Assembly (NCBI GenBank): GCA_964304625.1
Contig: OZ199839.1
Span: forward strand, 8,540,021 to 8,604,020
DNA: 64,000 nucleotides
DNA from: Kudoa neothunni
Lineage: Eukaryota > Animalia > Cnidaria
Reading direction: 5' to 3'
Shown here: positions 30,832 through 45,500 of the stretch, one piece after another
Layout: every line of letters begins with the position of its first letter
How positions within the stretch are numbered: position 1 is the first letter of the stretch
Program-made: the position numbers and the translations under genes
Notes under the pieces: model-generated
Database searches by the model: none
Told to the model about the DNA's origin: nothing
Seen by the model: the letters and a program-made list of their open reading frames with translations, nothing else

Positions 30832-30990
30832 CGGTTTAGTGATAATTACAATTTTAAGTAAATTTTATCATTTAATTGTACTTCTAAAATAGATATATAC
30901 CAACATATAAACGATTATCTATTAAAAAGATAATACAATATTTGGAGGATATTTTAAAGGTTTTCGAATATCTGTAGATCAAGTCGAAAA

Positions 30991-32041
30991 ATGGATCCTC
31001 CGCTAACAACCCCATACAACATACGGAACGATCCAACCGCATTAGGACTTTTGTGCTTTGTTCTGATTTTTTTCTTTCTCAATCTCCTATTCTGTACTAT
31101 AATGATAGTTGGTTTGGTGAAAGGTGGGCTAATTTCGAATCCGATCCAAAAATGCAACTTGGGAGTGTATATATTTATATATGTGGTTGCAGCAATAGTA
31201 CCAATCGATATATACGGTCAATTTTTTTGTCCTTCGTATGGGACAATCTATGGGTGTAGATTTTCTGCCTACCTTAACAACCTATACCTCTATGGCAACA
31301 TTACACTCTTAAATCTTGTTTCGGTTATCCGTTATTACGCAGTCTGTGAACCATCGCATTATAAAAAATTATTCAAATATATAAATTGGATATTGTTAAT
31401 ATTGGCAGTACTGATCAATCTGTTGACAATTCCTCATATGTGGCTCTACTCTATATTTGAGCACGGCCAAGAAATAGTAAAAAAATGACGATTATTTGTC
31501 TCATTTATTGATGTTTATTAACTTTGAACAGATTTGCGAAATAGCACCATCAAAGAATTATGCTAAACAGTTTATATACTCATTCCAGATTGCGATAGTA
31601 TACCTGGGCACGGCCATTACAATAATTGTCACTCAATATAAAATCTACAATAAGTATAATTTAATTGAAAAATCAGTGAACAACGACATCCAAATTTCCC
31701 ATTCTAAACAAGATAAAACCGTAACTCCTGTATTATTTTTATAATATGATTATTCTTTGAAGAATTCAACATTGGAAACTGAGGGGAAACGGAATAAAAC
31801 TTCAATTTTCAATAAAGTATTCATTTATTTGTTGTTGAACGCCACCATTTTCCTTATTGTCTTTACACCGTACTCGATTGTAAAACTATTATTGGTATTT
31901 TCGATAAAACTCGATCTCGTCATATACAAGTGTTGTGTCATTTTCATCCTATGCTACCCATTTTTATATTCCCTCGTCAATCTTGTCTTCGATTCCGCAT
32001 TACGTGAAACTCTAAAGAAAATATTCCATATTCGAAAATGA
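30991..32041 (+). CDS. Class A-like orphan GPCR, copy 3, ~317 aa
   Basis: Exons 30991-31476, 31532-31720, 31763-32041 join in frame. SVIRYYAVCEP, VFTPYS, YPFLYS; same intron positions as copy 1. Confidence 0.87.
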
Positions 32042-34193
32042 TCAAAAAAGATCTTTTATCAATTATATATTAATCCTATAAAATACATACCATATTTTTT
32101 ATTACGATTTTCTTGAAATGTGCTTTTTTATCTTTTCTCTATTTAACAAATTCTTCATTCAATAACATTGTTAGAATTTTTATTAGCGTACCCTATAAAT
32201 TATAACAAGCTTAAAACGATGTTAACATTTAAGCAAATATTGTTTTAAGTTTTTTAAATATACGAACAAAAAATGATTAAATTACTCATTGGAGATTATT
32301 CGCTAAAAGGGTGTTGGTTATTGTATACCATGTAGCTCCCCTAACATAGCCTTATTTCGAGGGTTTTTTCTCCGAAAACCACAGCATAAAATTATTCCTC
32401 ACAAAAAGAATATGGAGTGATATGCTTTTAGTACCATAAACGAATTAACAGTTTTTCTGATTAATCTAATCTCGGTTGTTGTTGTCGTCTACCGTTTTAT
32501 TCTGTTTACCAACATGCATTTGTTCATTTCAACATAAACCCGTATGATTTCTTATAGTTTTCGCCTAGAAATGAACTAATAATTATTTTACAATTAATAT
32601 TACCCACAAATACGCCCGTTTGCATTCTCAATCGAACTAATATAATATTCATGCAATTAATTACGATAAATGCTATCACTCAATTTTATTTGTTTTACAA
32701 TTGCATATGATAATCTCAAAATTTTTTATATTAGTATCCGCGATATTTATCTTTGGTTAATTAACATTTTATTTTAAGAATGAATAAATAAATTTTCCAT
32801 ATATACATGAAAATAGCTAAGTAAATTCATCAAATTTACAAGTAAATGACTTATAATAGTAATATTAATTCGTAAAAATATTATAAAATAATTCTATATA
32901 TTCTTGTCTTTATTCTGTCTAATAGAAAAAGTTAACTTACACAAAATATTTATATTATTTGTGAGTAATAAAAAGCAACAAAAAAATACATTAAGAAACC
33001 AATTTCACATAATCCCCTCGGGACCAAGGAAAAAGTGCGTAAAACCGGTCACGTCCAGTTTCACGCACTTGCGTGCGCAATTATTCAGAAAAAATTGACA
33101 TTTAACAATAATTAAATTGCGTTTATAAAGGCTAATTAACTATATATTAATTTTTCAACGATAATTAAAACTCGAGAAACGTGTTAACAGCACAAAAATA
33201 CTTTTCAACGATCTATGAAATACACTTCTTGTTGCAATCGGTAGAATAAGGCAGTTTCGTCTACATTGTAAATATAATTTTCAGAGTATCTTTTGAAAAA
33301 TATTCTGTTTTAATTGGTCTATTACGAAGTAGTTTCAGATGTAGCAACAGTAGATTAGCTAATAAAATTTGATTTTTTAATGTTGGACCTTTTTTAAAAG
33401 AGCGAAACCTACCATAAATTGCACACCAAGGTAAACCTATTTCTTTGACCAATTGATTTCTCTTGATAATTATCGTGACGACGCTTACTACAATTTTTCT
33501 GTTCCGTGTCCACCCAATCCACTCATATTCATAGTCATCTTCATCAACAGAATTAAATTGTTTTGCGTGAAAATGATTTCTATTCTTAGATTATACAACC
33601 ATTTATAGGTTTAGATTATTTTATTTTTCATCTCTAGGATGCCATTAGGAGTCTGAATAATAGATAGTTTAAAATGTGATACAGTGACAGTTTTTGGTTC
33701 GTTAGATTGAAGACTTTCATAATAATTAATAATATTGTACTCTTCGATAGTAGGTATAGTTATAGGAGTTTATGGCATTAAATATTGATTTAACAAAATA
33801 ATAAACATGAAATAATCGAAAAAATACGTGAAATCGTTCCGTCACGTGACATTTAATCACTTTATTTAGCAACTTTTTAAAATAATTTTTTTACAATTTT
33901 TGATTGAAATATTATAAAAAACATATTATGTATACAATGACTAATAAATATTCTAACTAAATTGGTTTTTAAAAAGTGAGTGAAATTGGTTACCTACTAT
34001 ATTACTGTTTCGACATTTTTTATAATCACGTTAAATGAGAAGTTGTTCATTCATTAATTGCTGTATGTTGATATTTGATGATTTTTAAAAATCATTTGTA
34101 GTAATCATTGCGAGAACGTATATTATAGATAATTAAATAGTCGTACCTTTTTATGATTTAAATATTTGTTCATCTCTAATAAAATTTAAGATA

Positions 34194-35930
34194 CAGTGGG
34201 TAGCTGATTTTCCTTAATTTTCATGGGACCATTCTGCTCACGCGAAAATTACCTATTTTAAAGAAATTAATTTCATTTATACACTCATCTCCTTTTATTG
34301 AAATAATATGTTATTTTTATTTATATTTTTAAAGAAGAATATCGTAATTTTATCATCTTAACTCATTATTTCGTCTAGAAAATTAATTATTTTCTGTGGT
34401 ATATTTATTCTGCTTGTTTAGAAATTTAAATATATCTTTTTCTGCTATAAATCCTGTCAGTCCTAAATCTTCAGTTTCAGAGTCCGCAAATTCAACAATC
34501 AAAGGAGCAAGCTCGTCAACGTGTTCTAATGTAATCATAATGACTTCCTCTTGAATAATCTCGGAATTTACAGCTGAGAATTCTTTATTGCTTAAATTAA
34601 TATTTAATGAACGCTCATATTTTCTGAATCAGTTATATACAATATCCTTTGAAACAACGTCCCATGATTTTTTAATTAGGAACAATGTTTGAAGCATACT
34701 TTGGGAGGATGTATTTATATCACTGCTAACTGCAGCAATATGTTTTTCTATTAAATTATTTTTGTAATTTAATAGGAATGAGAAAATGATTCCATGGTCT
34801 AATAATTGCAAAACACTAGTTGAATTTTTTGAAAATTATATAAGAGAGATACTCTATAAATGAACTTTGTTCGTGGCACGTAGCATTATTAAGAAGTAGC
34901 AAAACTTTCTTGTACTTCGTTTTGAATTCATCGTTAAAATTAGGAAGATATATCTCAAATGATTCCCTAGTTATCCATTCTTTCCTTTTTGATTTATATT
35001 TTACTGGAAATATTTTGTTTAGCACTTAAAAAAAACAACATGATTTTTGTGATTTCCACCCACAAAAGGTTCACTGCAACCTCCAGGCGTAGATGCATGT
35101 CGCAAAACAGTAACTATCTTTTTTGCTCTTGAAAAAAACATAGCATTAAAAATAATGGATCTCTTTGTTTCTACTAAAATAATGCAGTTTCGTCATGGTT
35201 ATAGATACAGCCATCGTTGTTACCTTTGACTTAGTCATTCCAAGTTAGGTTACCAATTTTCTACAAAACTTTAGTCAATATAAACAGCATCACCATGAGC
35301 AGTGATATTTTTAAATTAAATAGTGATTTAAAACCAAGAAACCAATCATGGATCATTACTACACTTAGATTCAATTCTTTTGTCAATTGGTTTCTTTCAT
35401 GTATGATATCATGATCAGATAGTTCATTATTTTTATCTCAAATAATTCACACAGTCATACTATAGTATCGATGTCGTTATTTGAACACTGTTTAATATTA
35501 TTTCTCTCTGAAGAAGCCAAGTCAGATTATATGATAAAACTATATCTTTCTTCCTAATCAAGATAATATCTAGAGTAGAAATAGAAAGAAGCTTATATTT
35601 ACTAATATTAGTGTTTTTGCACTCCTGTTAAGTATACTTTTAAAAAAATCAATAAATTTATATTTTAATTGTATTATTTCCTCATTTTTAACTTTTTCAG
35701 TCATTATAAATGTAATAAAGGCACACCACTAAATCCGCCTAGAGCTGAAAAGTTACGGAAAATCGGTTAAACGCTAATAATGTGAAAACCCCCACTTTTA
35801 AACATTCAATTTTTAAAATTTATGTAAATTAACATCAAAATCTAAAAATAAAATCCAAAATATGGTTTTAAATATTAAAACAATATTCTAATGGAAGAAA
35901 GTCCGAAGTTACCGAAAATCGGTCACTACT

Positions 35931-35931
<1 letters not shown>
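34194..35931 (-). mobile_element. pogo/Tigger-like transposon, decayed
   Basis: Remnants KEWITRESF, VLLLLNNATCH and LQLLDHGII resemble the KAWMT, LLxLDNAxxH and QPLDQGII motifs. Imperfect TIRs TA|CAGTGGGTAGCTGATTTTCC and GAAAATCGGTCACTACTG|TA. Confidence 0.7.

Positions 35932-35958
<27 letters not shown>
35932..35958 (+). repeat. (TAG)9 microsatellite between two TIR elements
   Basis: Directly visible in the sequence. Confidence 0.9.
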
Positions 35959-35961
<3 letters not shown>

Positions 35962-36498
35962 GCAACCGATAATACGCATTCTTTTCGGCCAAATCACGTA
36001 GTTTAAATTGTTTTTATTGGAAGCGAGGGAGAAATTTTAATTCTGACGGTTTAATCTTTAAACGAATAGAAAAATATTTTTGAGATATCTATCAAAAAAT
36101 GATCATTTCCATAAAAATGAGAATAGAATAAATTCTATTTCAAGACAATGTTAGTTGTCAATTAAAGAATGTTATAGATGCACATAAATAAAGATTTTGG
36201 GGTAAAAATATAAAGAAATTTTTTCATATTGTGCAAAACAATGAATAAGAAATAAAATTGCATTTATAATTTTTAGAAACTGGCCATTCACCAAATTTTA
36301 TTCTAATGTTAAAAAACAAATATTTTATCAATAAATATGATTAAAATAAAAATTGTAGATTATTTTTCAATCAATGATCTTAATAATGTTTTGTGTTATT
36401 CTTTATAAATAAAAAATGTAATACCCGTGTTGAAAAATAAAGAAAACAAAAACTTAACCAAGCACGCATTTTTAGTGCTTATTATCGGTTGCCTATTG
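35956..36498. mobile_element. MITE (Tc1/pogo-type ends)
   Basis: AGTGGGCAACCGATAATACGCA at the left end and TGCTTATTATCGGTTGCCTATTG|TA at the right end; no coding capacity. Confidence 0.65.
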
Positions 36499-37109
36499 TA
36501 TGCGAAATGTTAAATCATTTTGTTAAGCTATAAACCAATTAGTAGATACAGGTATTGATTTTGAGGCATCATTAGGAATTCATTAGTTTTATTGATAAAA
36601 ACTTATCGAGAATCCCCCATTTTTGCTCTCATCAGTTCAATCCACTCTTTCAATGGTAGATCAAATTCCACATTTTCTCCTTTTGCGAGTTTTTCTCAAT
36701 TTGGAACAGTAAAATCGTTATAACAACTAATCTGTATGTTTATAATAGTATTCATGGCAGATCTTGCTTATACATCATAAACCTTCATTGTTTCAAATTT
36801 AGCGATGGAATTTCTCGTTACTTTTTGATAATGTTTCATTAATTCAACTTTTAGGATAGAGTTAGAATTCTTCTACCGTCGCTTGATGCACAAGTCATAA
36901 TCATCGAACTTAGATAAAATTCATTACACACGACCCATTACTGTTCATGACACGCAACAAGCACCACAAACTATCGATAATGTAATTCAACTTAAGTCAC
37001 ATTAAGTAATATGTTGCTAATGTTATAAAGTTTACCGAGTGTAAGTTAAATTTTTTAAAATTTAATTAGTTTATCTTTTATCTGCTTTTTTATTATTTGA
37101 TCTCATTAA

Positions 37110-38403
37110 CCCTCCAAGCACGTAAAAATCTCCTATACTCCACTTCGTTTTTGGGGCCCAATGAACCCCACTTTTTATTGTGAATTTTAGTTTATAAAAT
37201 CATATTGATTAACTTTTGTCAACTAAAAAATAATTCTATCGAATGAATAAGGAAGAAATCTAAGAATACGGTAGAACCGATATATTCCGATCATTCAATT
37301 TGCGTTGTATCTACATATATGTTGGGAAAAAATTAGTTTTCATACTCGTAACAATATATATTTAAGTTAATTAACCATAATAAAATATTTGTAAAGGTAA
37401 ATTATTTATAATTTCACAATTAACTCAATATACATTAAGTAAATAGTCATTAATTAATTATTAAAGTTTGCTATTTTTATTAACTTTTGGTTTGTAAAAT
37501 GCATAAAAAAAATTTTATTTAATACGGATTCATAAAGAACGACATGCATTATTTATCCTCTTAATGGTTTAAGAATCAATACCCTCCAAATAAAAATGGG
37601 GTAGAAATGTACTTCGCACTTTCATCTCATAAAATTGTCTTAAATAAAAACTAATATCGACAGAAAAAATACGAGCAAAATTCTTCGTTTGAGTTTTGCA
37701 CAAACGATCAATTATTAAAGTTGTCTTGCTTGCGAACGCGCGAAAATTACATGTTGATACGTTACTTTGGAATATGATTGTATTTCTGGGGAGTTTTCAT
37801 TTGGCAAATAATTCAAATAATTTAATTACTTTATGCTAATTTATCTTCTTTTAAACAATACGATATAATATTACGAATAAGCACACAAAATAATAGTAAA
37901 CAGTGATTATTTCACAAAACAGTTACCACATGTGTTTTTGAATGTCCTCCGCAACACGAAACTATGCAAAATGATGATCATTCACCGTAAATCGAATAAT
38001 CAGTGTAAGAGTCATCATAATCTGAGGAGCTATGGCTGTATTCAGACTAGGATGACATGTTTACAGTGACGTCGCGTTAATATCACTTTGTCGTATTTAG
38101 TTATTTATTTAATATTTAATCGGTAAAATTCTCCAAAAATTTAAATAATCATATTAACTAATTTTTACTTTCATTTTACAAAATAAAATCATGGGGTCCA
38201 TTGGATCCCAAAAACGACGTGATGTAAGTAGTTGTTATTCTACATTGGAAAAAAATCTCCCATGATTTTTGAACAAATATTATGAAAACGTATTGCATTT
38301 GGAGGAACAATATTGGCTCATAACCTATTTGAATTACAGATGAAGTGCAGATGGTTCAGACATTTGCGTTTGAGTCCAATGTACCCCACACAGGCTTGGG
38401 AGG
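37110..38403. mobile_element. Non-autonomous piggyBac-like element
   Basis: TTAA|CCCTCCAAGC ... GCTTGGGAGG|TTAA. Internal palindromic motif TGGGG(T/C)CCAxTG(A/G)A(C/T)CCCA at 37152, 38192 and ~38372. Confidence 0.7.
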
Positions 38404-40250
38404 TTAAGTTCATCCAATCTTAAATCTGGACATCTGTTGTAAAATCCTTCCTCTTAGCAAAATTCCTTCTCTTAAAATTGGCGAAACTGGATTCATATGA
38501 TGAAGTAATTTCATAAAGAGAATATAAAGCGGGAATATTGAATTGATGAATCTTAATTGTCATTACATTTTGAGGAGGGACGGTTTCAAAGAATTTCACT
38601 ATTTCATATTTTTATTTAATTGCAATAGCGCAAATGGATAAGCGATATGACAAGTTTACAACAACAAAAATCGATAAAGTTTGTGATCGCTATTAATACT
38701 AGGCGGATTCTCGCAGCCTTGATGGAAGTCGCGATCTCACTTATTTCATTAACGTTCTACGGTTCTTGTCACCAGCGACGATAGCTAGTGATCGCGTAAA
38801 ATCCGCGGGCAGTGTAGAAACACGAAAGGATAATTCTTTGATTTTCAAATTTCTGGGTTCGGGATTTTTATTTTTTTAAATTTGTTATATTTTTTTGTTC
38901 TCATTTTATTTTGAGAAGTAATTAACATTCTTAGATTAACTTTATGTTCTGCTTTGGCATATTTATGAATTTTCTTATGAATAATTAATAAACACTTTTT
39001 TCAAAAATAAATGTACTTTTTCACTTGGTGATCCTGTTTTTATAATCTGTCTGCATCCACGACCCTCATTCAACATGCGTGAAAGAAGACACAGAGCTTC
39101 CAGCTTATTTGGAAATCGGTGAGTCAATAGAAACGCATTTGGAGCACTCGGAGAAACATCATCATAGTCGTCACTGTTATAATATTTCATACTTAAAATA
39201 AATATTTGGTGAAAAATTGAGTATTATCGAAATTCGTTTCTCCCGAAAATCCCGAAATTTGCAAGTCTAATAATACTAGGTCCAAACATTTTTGGATAAA
39301 TGAGGTATGACTATATAAATAATTATTCTAACTCGTATTTATTCCATAAAATATATTTGACATAATATAATATCTCATTTCCGCTCAAAAACACCTAAAA
39401 GTTAATTAATGACGAAAATGTCATATTATTATTTTCGACCGTTTAACTCTTTCTTATAATAAAGTAAATGTCATAATAATAGATTAAATTCATATACTTC
39501 CGTTTTTAAGCTATGAAGTCTGTCCATAAAAATTAAGTATATAAAAAACGTAGACTAAAGGCTATTTTATGTTATTTATGGGGAAATATACGAGCAAGAA
39601 TATGGATAATAGGCGGAGTCCAGTTATATGCAATACATAGGATTTGTTTTGAAGTAATCATTAATTCATGCGCTTTTCGCTGACTCAGGGTTATCACGGT
39701 AAAAGGCTTTAAAAAATTATTATAACTTTCTTATTTAATTAAACACAAATTATTACACTTACCAATATAGAATATTAATAAAATTATTGCAATCAAATAA
39801 CTCATTTTATTGCACGTATATCGAGCATTCTAGTAGCTATACAAGATAAGTTTTATGTCGTTTTAAGTGTTTTACGATAAGAAATAAATTTTTTTCTTGT
39901 TAATCATTCTCCCTATAACACAAGATCCTCAAAACAAAATGTTTATAATCATCTAACCATTGCAAATCATCCTTTTAATCCCTGTTTATAAATGAATGGA
40001 ATATGGAATTTAAATACACATTACTTAAATATCTATATATAGTCAATTTTATGGTTTATTTAATGTTTAATACATATATAGCGATGTATCTTCGTATGGT
40101 TCAGAACGATTTTAAAGGATAAAATAAAGTTTTATATTAGGCGAATTATTCCAGTTAGGATTTTATGGCAAAACTTTTCTTTAAAAATATAATAAGATTT
40201 TTGTAAATGATTTAAATTGTGATTTTCAAATCTCTCAGTTGTAACCGATA

Positions 40251-41316
40251 ATGAAGGGTCAAAGTAGAATTACAGAAGTATGGATTTCGGATACTCCGGG
40301 AGTCGCTTTGTTTTGGATAGTGATAGTCCTTTTCATATTGAAACTATTTTTTTGTTCCCAGCTAGTTTATGGCATTCTGAAGCATAAGCAATATTCAAAC
40401 CCAGTTCAAATATGTAACTTGTGTATGTACATGATGATGTACTTGATCATAATAATTGTACCTTTGGAAATATATGGCGAATATTTTGACCGTTCCTTTG
40501 GTGGGGTTCATATTTGCAAATTTTCTGCATATATTTCTAACATATATATGTACACAAACAGTGCCTTAATTAATCTATTATCTGTACTTCGATACTTTGG
40601 AATATGCCGAACTGAAATCTATCGTAAAATAAGTTCAAAATGGCGAATAATTTTCATATCTGTTATCATTTTGACCAATTTACAGGCCGTTCCTCACATA
40701 TTGTTGTTCACTGTGTCAGATTATGATAATAAAAAAGTTAAATATTTTAGTATTCTAATGGTTGACACATTTTAATTAAATCAATTCTAGTTATGCAAAA
40801 TACCACCGCAAAGATTTCTGGCTCAAAAAATAATATACACTCTACATTTCCTTATGGTCTACTGCTTTACAATTCTGATATTGATTATCACTCAGATTGG
40901 AATCTATAGACAATACAAACAACTTCGACGGATAAATATTTCGAACCAAAATAATGACAAATCTGTTAATCGAGTGCTTTCTTCGGTTATTAAACCATAT
41001 TTTCAATTCAATTCTATTCAAATGTACCTCATAGGGAGATCAGGCACCAAGCAGTAATGTTCCCTCCACTCAAAAAAATACCCATTTGAATAGTGTGCTT
41101 CTTTATTTGCTGTTGAATGGGATAATATTTTTTCTGATATATTCGCCATATTCATGCATGAAGTTGCTGGATATGTATTCTTATCAAATAAATCCAAATA
41201 TTCGAAGATACTTTTTTTCACTTTTGATGTGCTATTCGTTGTTCTATTCATTCTTAAATATTGCTTTTGATGATAAATTACGTGAAACATTGAAAAGGCT
41301 CTGGTGTTCAATATAA
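40251..41316 (+). CDS. Class A-like orphan GPCR, copy 4 (most divergent), ~320 aa
   Basis: Exons 40251-40736, 40791-40985, 41035-41316 join in frame. SVLRYFGICR, IYSPYS, YSLFYS; exon 1 is 486 nt as in copies 1 and 3. Confidence 0.85.
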
Positions 41317-42522
41317 GAAGCTACTCTGAAGGTATGTTTACTTTTTATTAAATCTTTGTTTAACATTCTAAAATTCATAAGATTTACTTGGACAAATTGC
41401 CCCACATTATTTCCCAGCCTAATCATCGGTTGAATATATCAAAAGTAGTTATCTAACCTCATAAATTTGATTTATTCTATAATAATAAATTTATTTGTTT
41501 ATTATTTTTGCCATCGTTGAATCAAAAACTAAATAGATAAATAATTTTTAGCTTATTACCTGTTGTTTAGATATGGCTAGGATAAAAAATTTATTTATTT
41601 AACGCATTGGTTCTAAACTTTACTTCCTTGCTGACCCTTAATATGTTCAATGAACTTACTACAGACCGCATTATGAAAAAATTGCCCTCATCCAATTTTT
41701 ATGTCACTTAATTTATCCTCCGCCATTTAGAATTCCTGCGTTGGCGGGTTATGAAAATTTTTAAAATTTATAAATGCATGATTAGTCGAAATTATTTTAG
41801 TGTAATTGAAAGGATTATTATTTTTTCACTGGTTTTTAGAGATTCTTCAGAACAAATATTTTTTAATCACAAGTAAATCTTGGAGATTCGTGCTAATTAT
41901 ATCTGTTTTAGCTGTTAAAAGAAACTTTAGAAAAAATTAAAATATAATATCCAATAGCCAAACAAATATGTACGTGAAGTATATTTTAGGTAATCTTTGA
42001 TAACTTTTATTCGTAACAAAGCTAATTCATTAATTTAATGTACTGCGTTATATACAAATATAATCAATTAAGAATTTCCAATAATATAAATACATATATA
42101 ATCCTTCTAAAAAATTGATTTGAGATTGTATTGAATTTTTCGTGAACATACTTTATTCTAAGAAATGAGAAGTGAAAACATTTTAAATCATCATAATCTT
42201 TGTTAACACTGAATGTGAGTAATATTTAAACATGGGTGAAATCGGAGGCTCGATAAATTATCCTTATCCCATGAGGCAAGACATACGGCTTCATATATTC
42301 ACTTACATGTATATAAAAAATATTTATATAAGAAGATATATAAATTATTATGATAAAAATCGTAAGTATTAATTTTTTTATATTTAAATACAAATTAAAA
42401 TTGTAGCCCTCCGTCTCAAAAATTAGAATATAATAGATAAATCGAACGTACACCCTTAATAATATTATAATTAAGTAATAATCTTTCTTTATTTGAAATC
42501 CGATACTATAATAATTTAAATA

Positions 42523-45500
42523 ATGAATAAATATTTTCTTTTGTGGTGGACCACTCAAATCTGGCAATTAATAGTCCAAATGAAAGAACTATTTTACACT
42601 GATCAAAATCTATTTCGACTGGGAATAGAAGGCAACCTTTCGATAGAGGAATATGGGTCATCGTTATTTGGATTCTCAATTCAAAAAATTAGTTCCAATA
42701 GGTAAATTTCTTAGACATTAATTAGCTAACGAGTATTTAAGAATTATAGTTTCGGCACCATTGGCTAAAACCAATACAGACAATTCTATCCGAACAACGG
42801 GGAGGGTGTTTGAGTGTACATTTCCATCGGATGTGTCATCAAGTCCAATATGTATTTCTAGTATTCCCGAATTAGAGAGTGACTTTAATTTTTGAAAACA
42901 GATTACTAACCTTTTTTAGGAGCTTATAGTCAACCTCTTCATGGAAATATATTATTGGGATTTTCAATAGCCAAATTCACCAATAATAGATATATCGTAT
43001 TAGTTTCTTTTTAAATATATTAAAATAATCAAAAATAATAGATCTGTGCTCCAAACACTCCACCGTATAATAGTTTCTATTACAAACACATAAAGAATTG
43101 TCGCATCTATGATATTGAGAAGAAGACGATCGTTGATGCGATGGAAAAGGGTACACATTGCAGTTGATTAAAAATTTTATTAACTTTATTAATAGAGAAC
43201 GATTCGTCGTTCGGAAACATTTTATATGCTGATATTAATAGAAATTGTTTCATAACGGGTTCTATGGAATTCAACTATAAGTAACGAACACTTATAACAT
43301 CTTAAAATGTTAATAATTATTTGCAGTAACAATTATATGATTCGCACATGTATTACAAAAAATGCTGACGATAAATTAGGTCCACCCATTGAAGGAAGAT
43401 TTCGATTGCTCGGAATTCGTACTAATATTTTTCCCATATCTAAATTATATGATTAATATATAGCTTGGAGGGCAATTGCAGTTGTTAATCACAATGAATC
43501 AAGTATTCTTGTTGTTATGGATCTAGAATACATTAAATATTAGTTAATTATCTCATACCTCAACCATTCAATATTGAAAACAAGCATTCTGTACGGTTTA
43601 TTTATAATAGAACAATATAATTAATTTTGTATATTTTTTCTTACTATTTTTAGGTTTTAAATGTGACCTACAATGGAAATTATTTTGATCAACTTAAATT
43701 GATAAACGTATTAGAGAAAGATGAACTATGGGTGTTTATTCTATTTAAAAAATTGTAATTTGATAATAAAAAAGAGAAATTCTCACATTGGGCATCAAAT
43801 AATTCACGTAAATGTGAATCCAAAGTATTTTAAGAAATATTAAAGTAACTAAATATACTTAGAACTGATTACTTTATTTATTCGGCACCATATTGGAGAT
43901 ATGGGACTGGTTTGATTGTGAGTAGATCCAATCCAGCTACATTTCTCGATAACAGCGCCAGACTTATTGGAATGAAAAAAGGAGACTACTTTGGATATTC
44001 GATGAAATTAATGGATAATTTTCACGACAAGTTTGTCAAATGTAATTAAATTAAATTATCAATAAATAAAATCACTTCTTTAAAGGTCTCATAGTTTTGG
44101 CTCCCTATGGGGGAAATAACAATAAAGGGGAAATCTATGTGATCCAGTTGAATTCAACAAAAATCGTTAACAAATTTTATATGGTTATATATTATTTTTT
44201 CATATGTGAGTTAGAATTTTATAGAAACGCCAAATTAGTGATTATTTTTCCGACATCAGCGAAGATAATATCGCCTACCAAATATTCAACGATATAGACA
44301 TCAATCAAGATGGAATAAACGGTTAGCTTTTAAAATTGATACAGCTTTTATAGACAATTTTGTAGATATTCTGCTTTCATTTACCACTAGAACAGATTCC
44401 ATAAGAGGTTTGATGTAATTTTACCTGATAAATCGATAAAAATATAAAATTTTATTAGCTCAAAAATTCGAATGGTCTTTACTATCAATACGGAAGAAAG
44501 TCAATCATACGATCTGCCTGGATCTGGATGTGACATTAACAAAAATGGGTTTAACTGGTAAAAATCTAAAATTTGTAACATTAAGTAACCAATTGATCAA
44601 GCCATCGGTTAAAATTTACCATCAACACTATGTTTGCGACGTCTCTACCACTCAGCGTCAGGAATGTTCAGGAGCAGAGTAATGCCTAAATTAATATTGA
44701 TCAAGATTAACTTATAGAAAAGTTGCCGATATAAATATTAAATTTGATTACGATAAAAACGAAAATATCAATCCAGAGTATTTAATGTTTATTGAGAATA
44801 ACGAATTTACCCCCGATCACAACTCTCAAATAATATTCAACCTAAAATCTAATAACGCCCTTTCATTTTCAATATTTTTGGATACGTATGTATCTTGGTA
44901 TTTCGATTTTAAGAAACATAAGAAGCTCAAATTGCGATTTACTATTTCAAAACATACCAGTTCTGTGTACAATTCCGGAAAATATTTGGTTTACATTAAC
45001 ACACCCCCTCTAACCAAATCGGTGAATATAACCGATTGTTCATTAACTAGAAGCGGTTGCGGCAGCAATGTGAAACTGTTGAAAACAGAATCAAATATAA
45101 GAAAGTAACTTTGTTTTATACATGGTCAATGAAATTTAATTTAAATTTAGTTCGATGGTTCCCGAAACAATGACACAAGGCCAGATCAACTGGGTGGATG
45201 TTAGATTTGAATTAGAAAATTATGGGAAACCTTCCCCTCATCTAGTGCTATTGGTAAAAAACACCAAAAGTCTCATTCTAATGAATTGTTTATCTTCGAA
45301 CAAAAACGTAAAATAATTTTGTTTTTAATTTTAATCTCTTTAAAGTCCATCAAAAGTTGGGATAACTTTCCTGAACCATCGTCAGACGCCAATGTCACCT
45401 TCGTAGGAAATATTGAAGGAAAGGTTTGCTATTAACAATAAATAAGATCATGAAATAGTTGTTAGGTGGAAATACTTTGCACTTTTAAGGGTGACATGGA

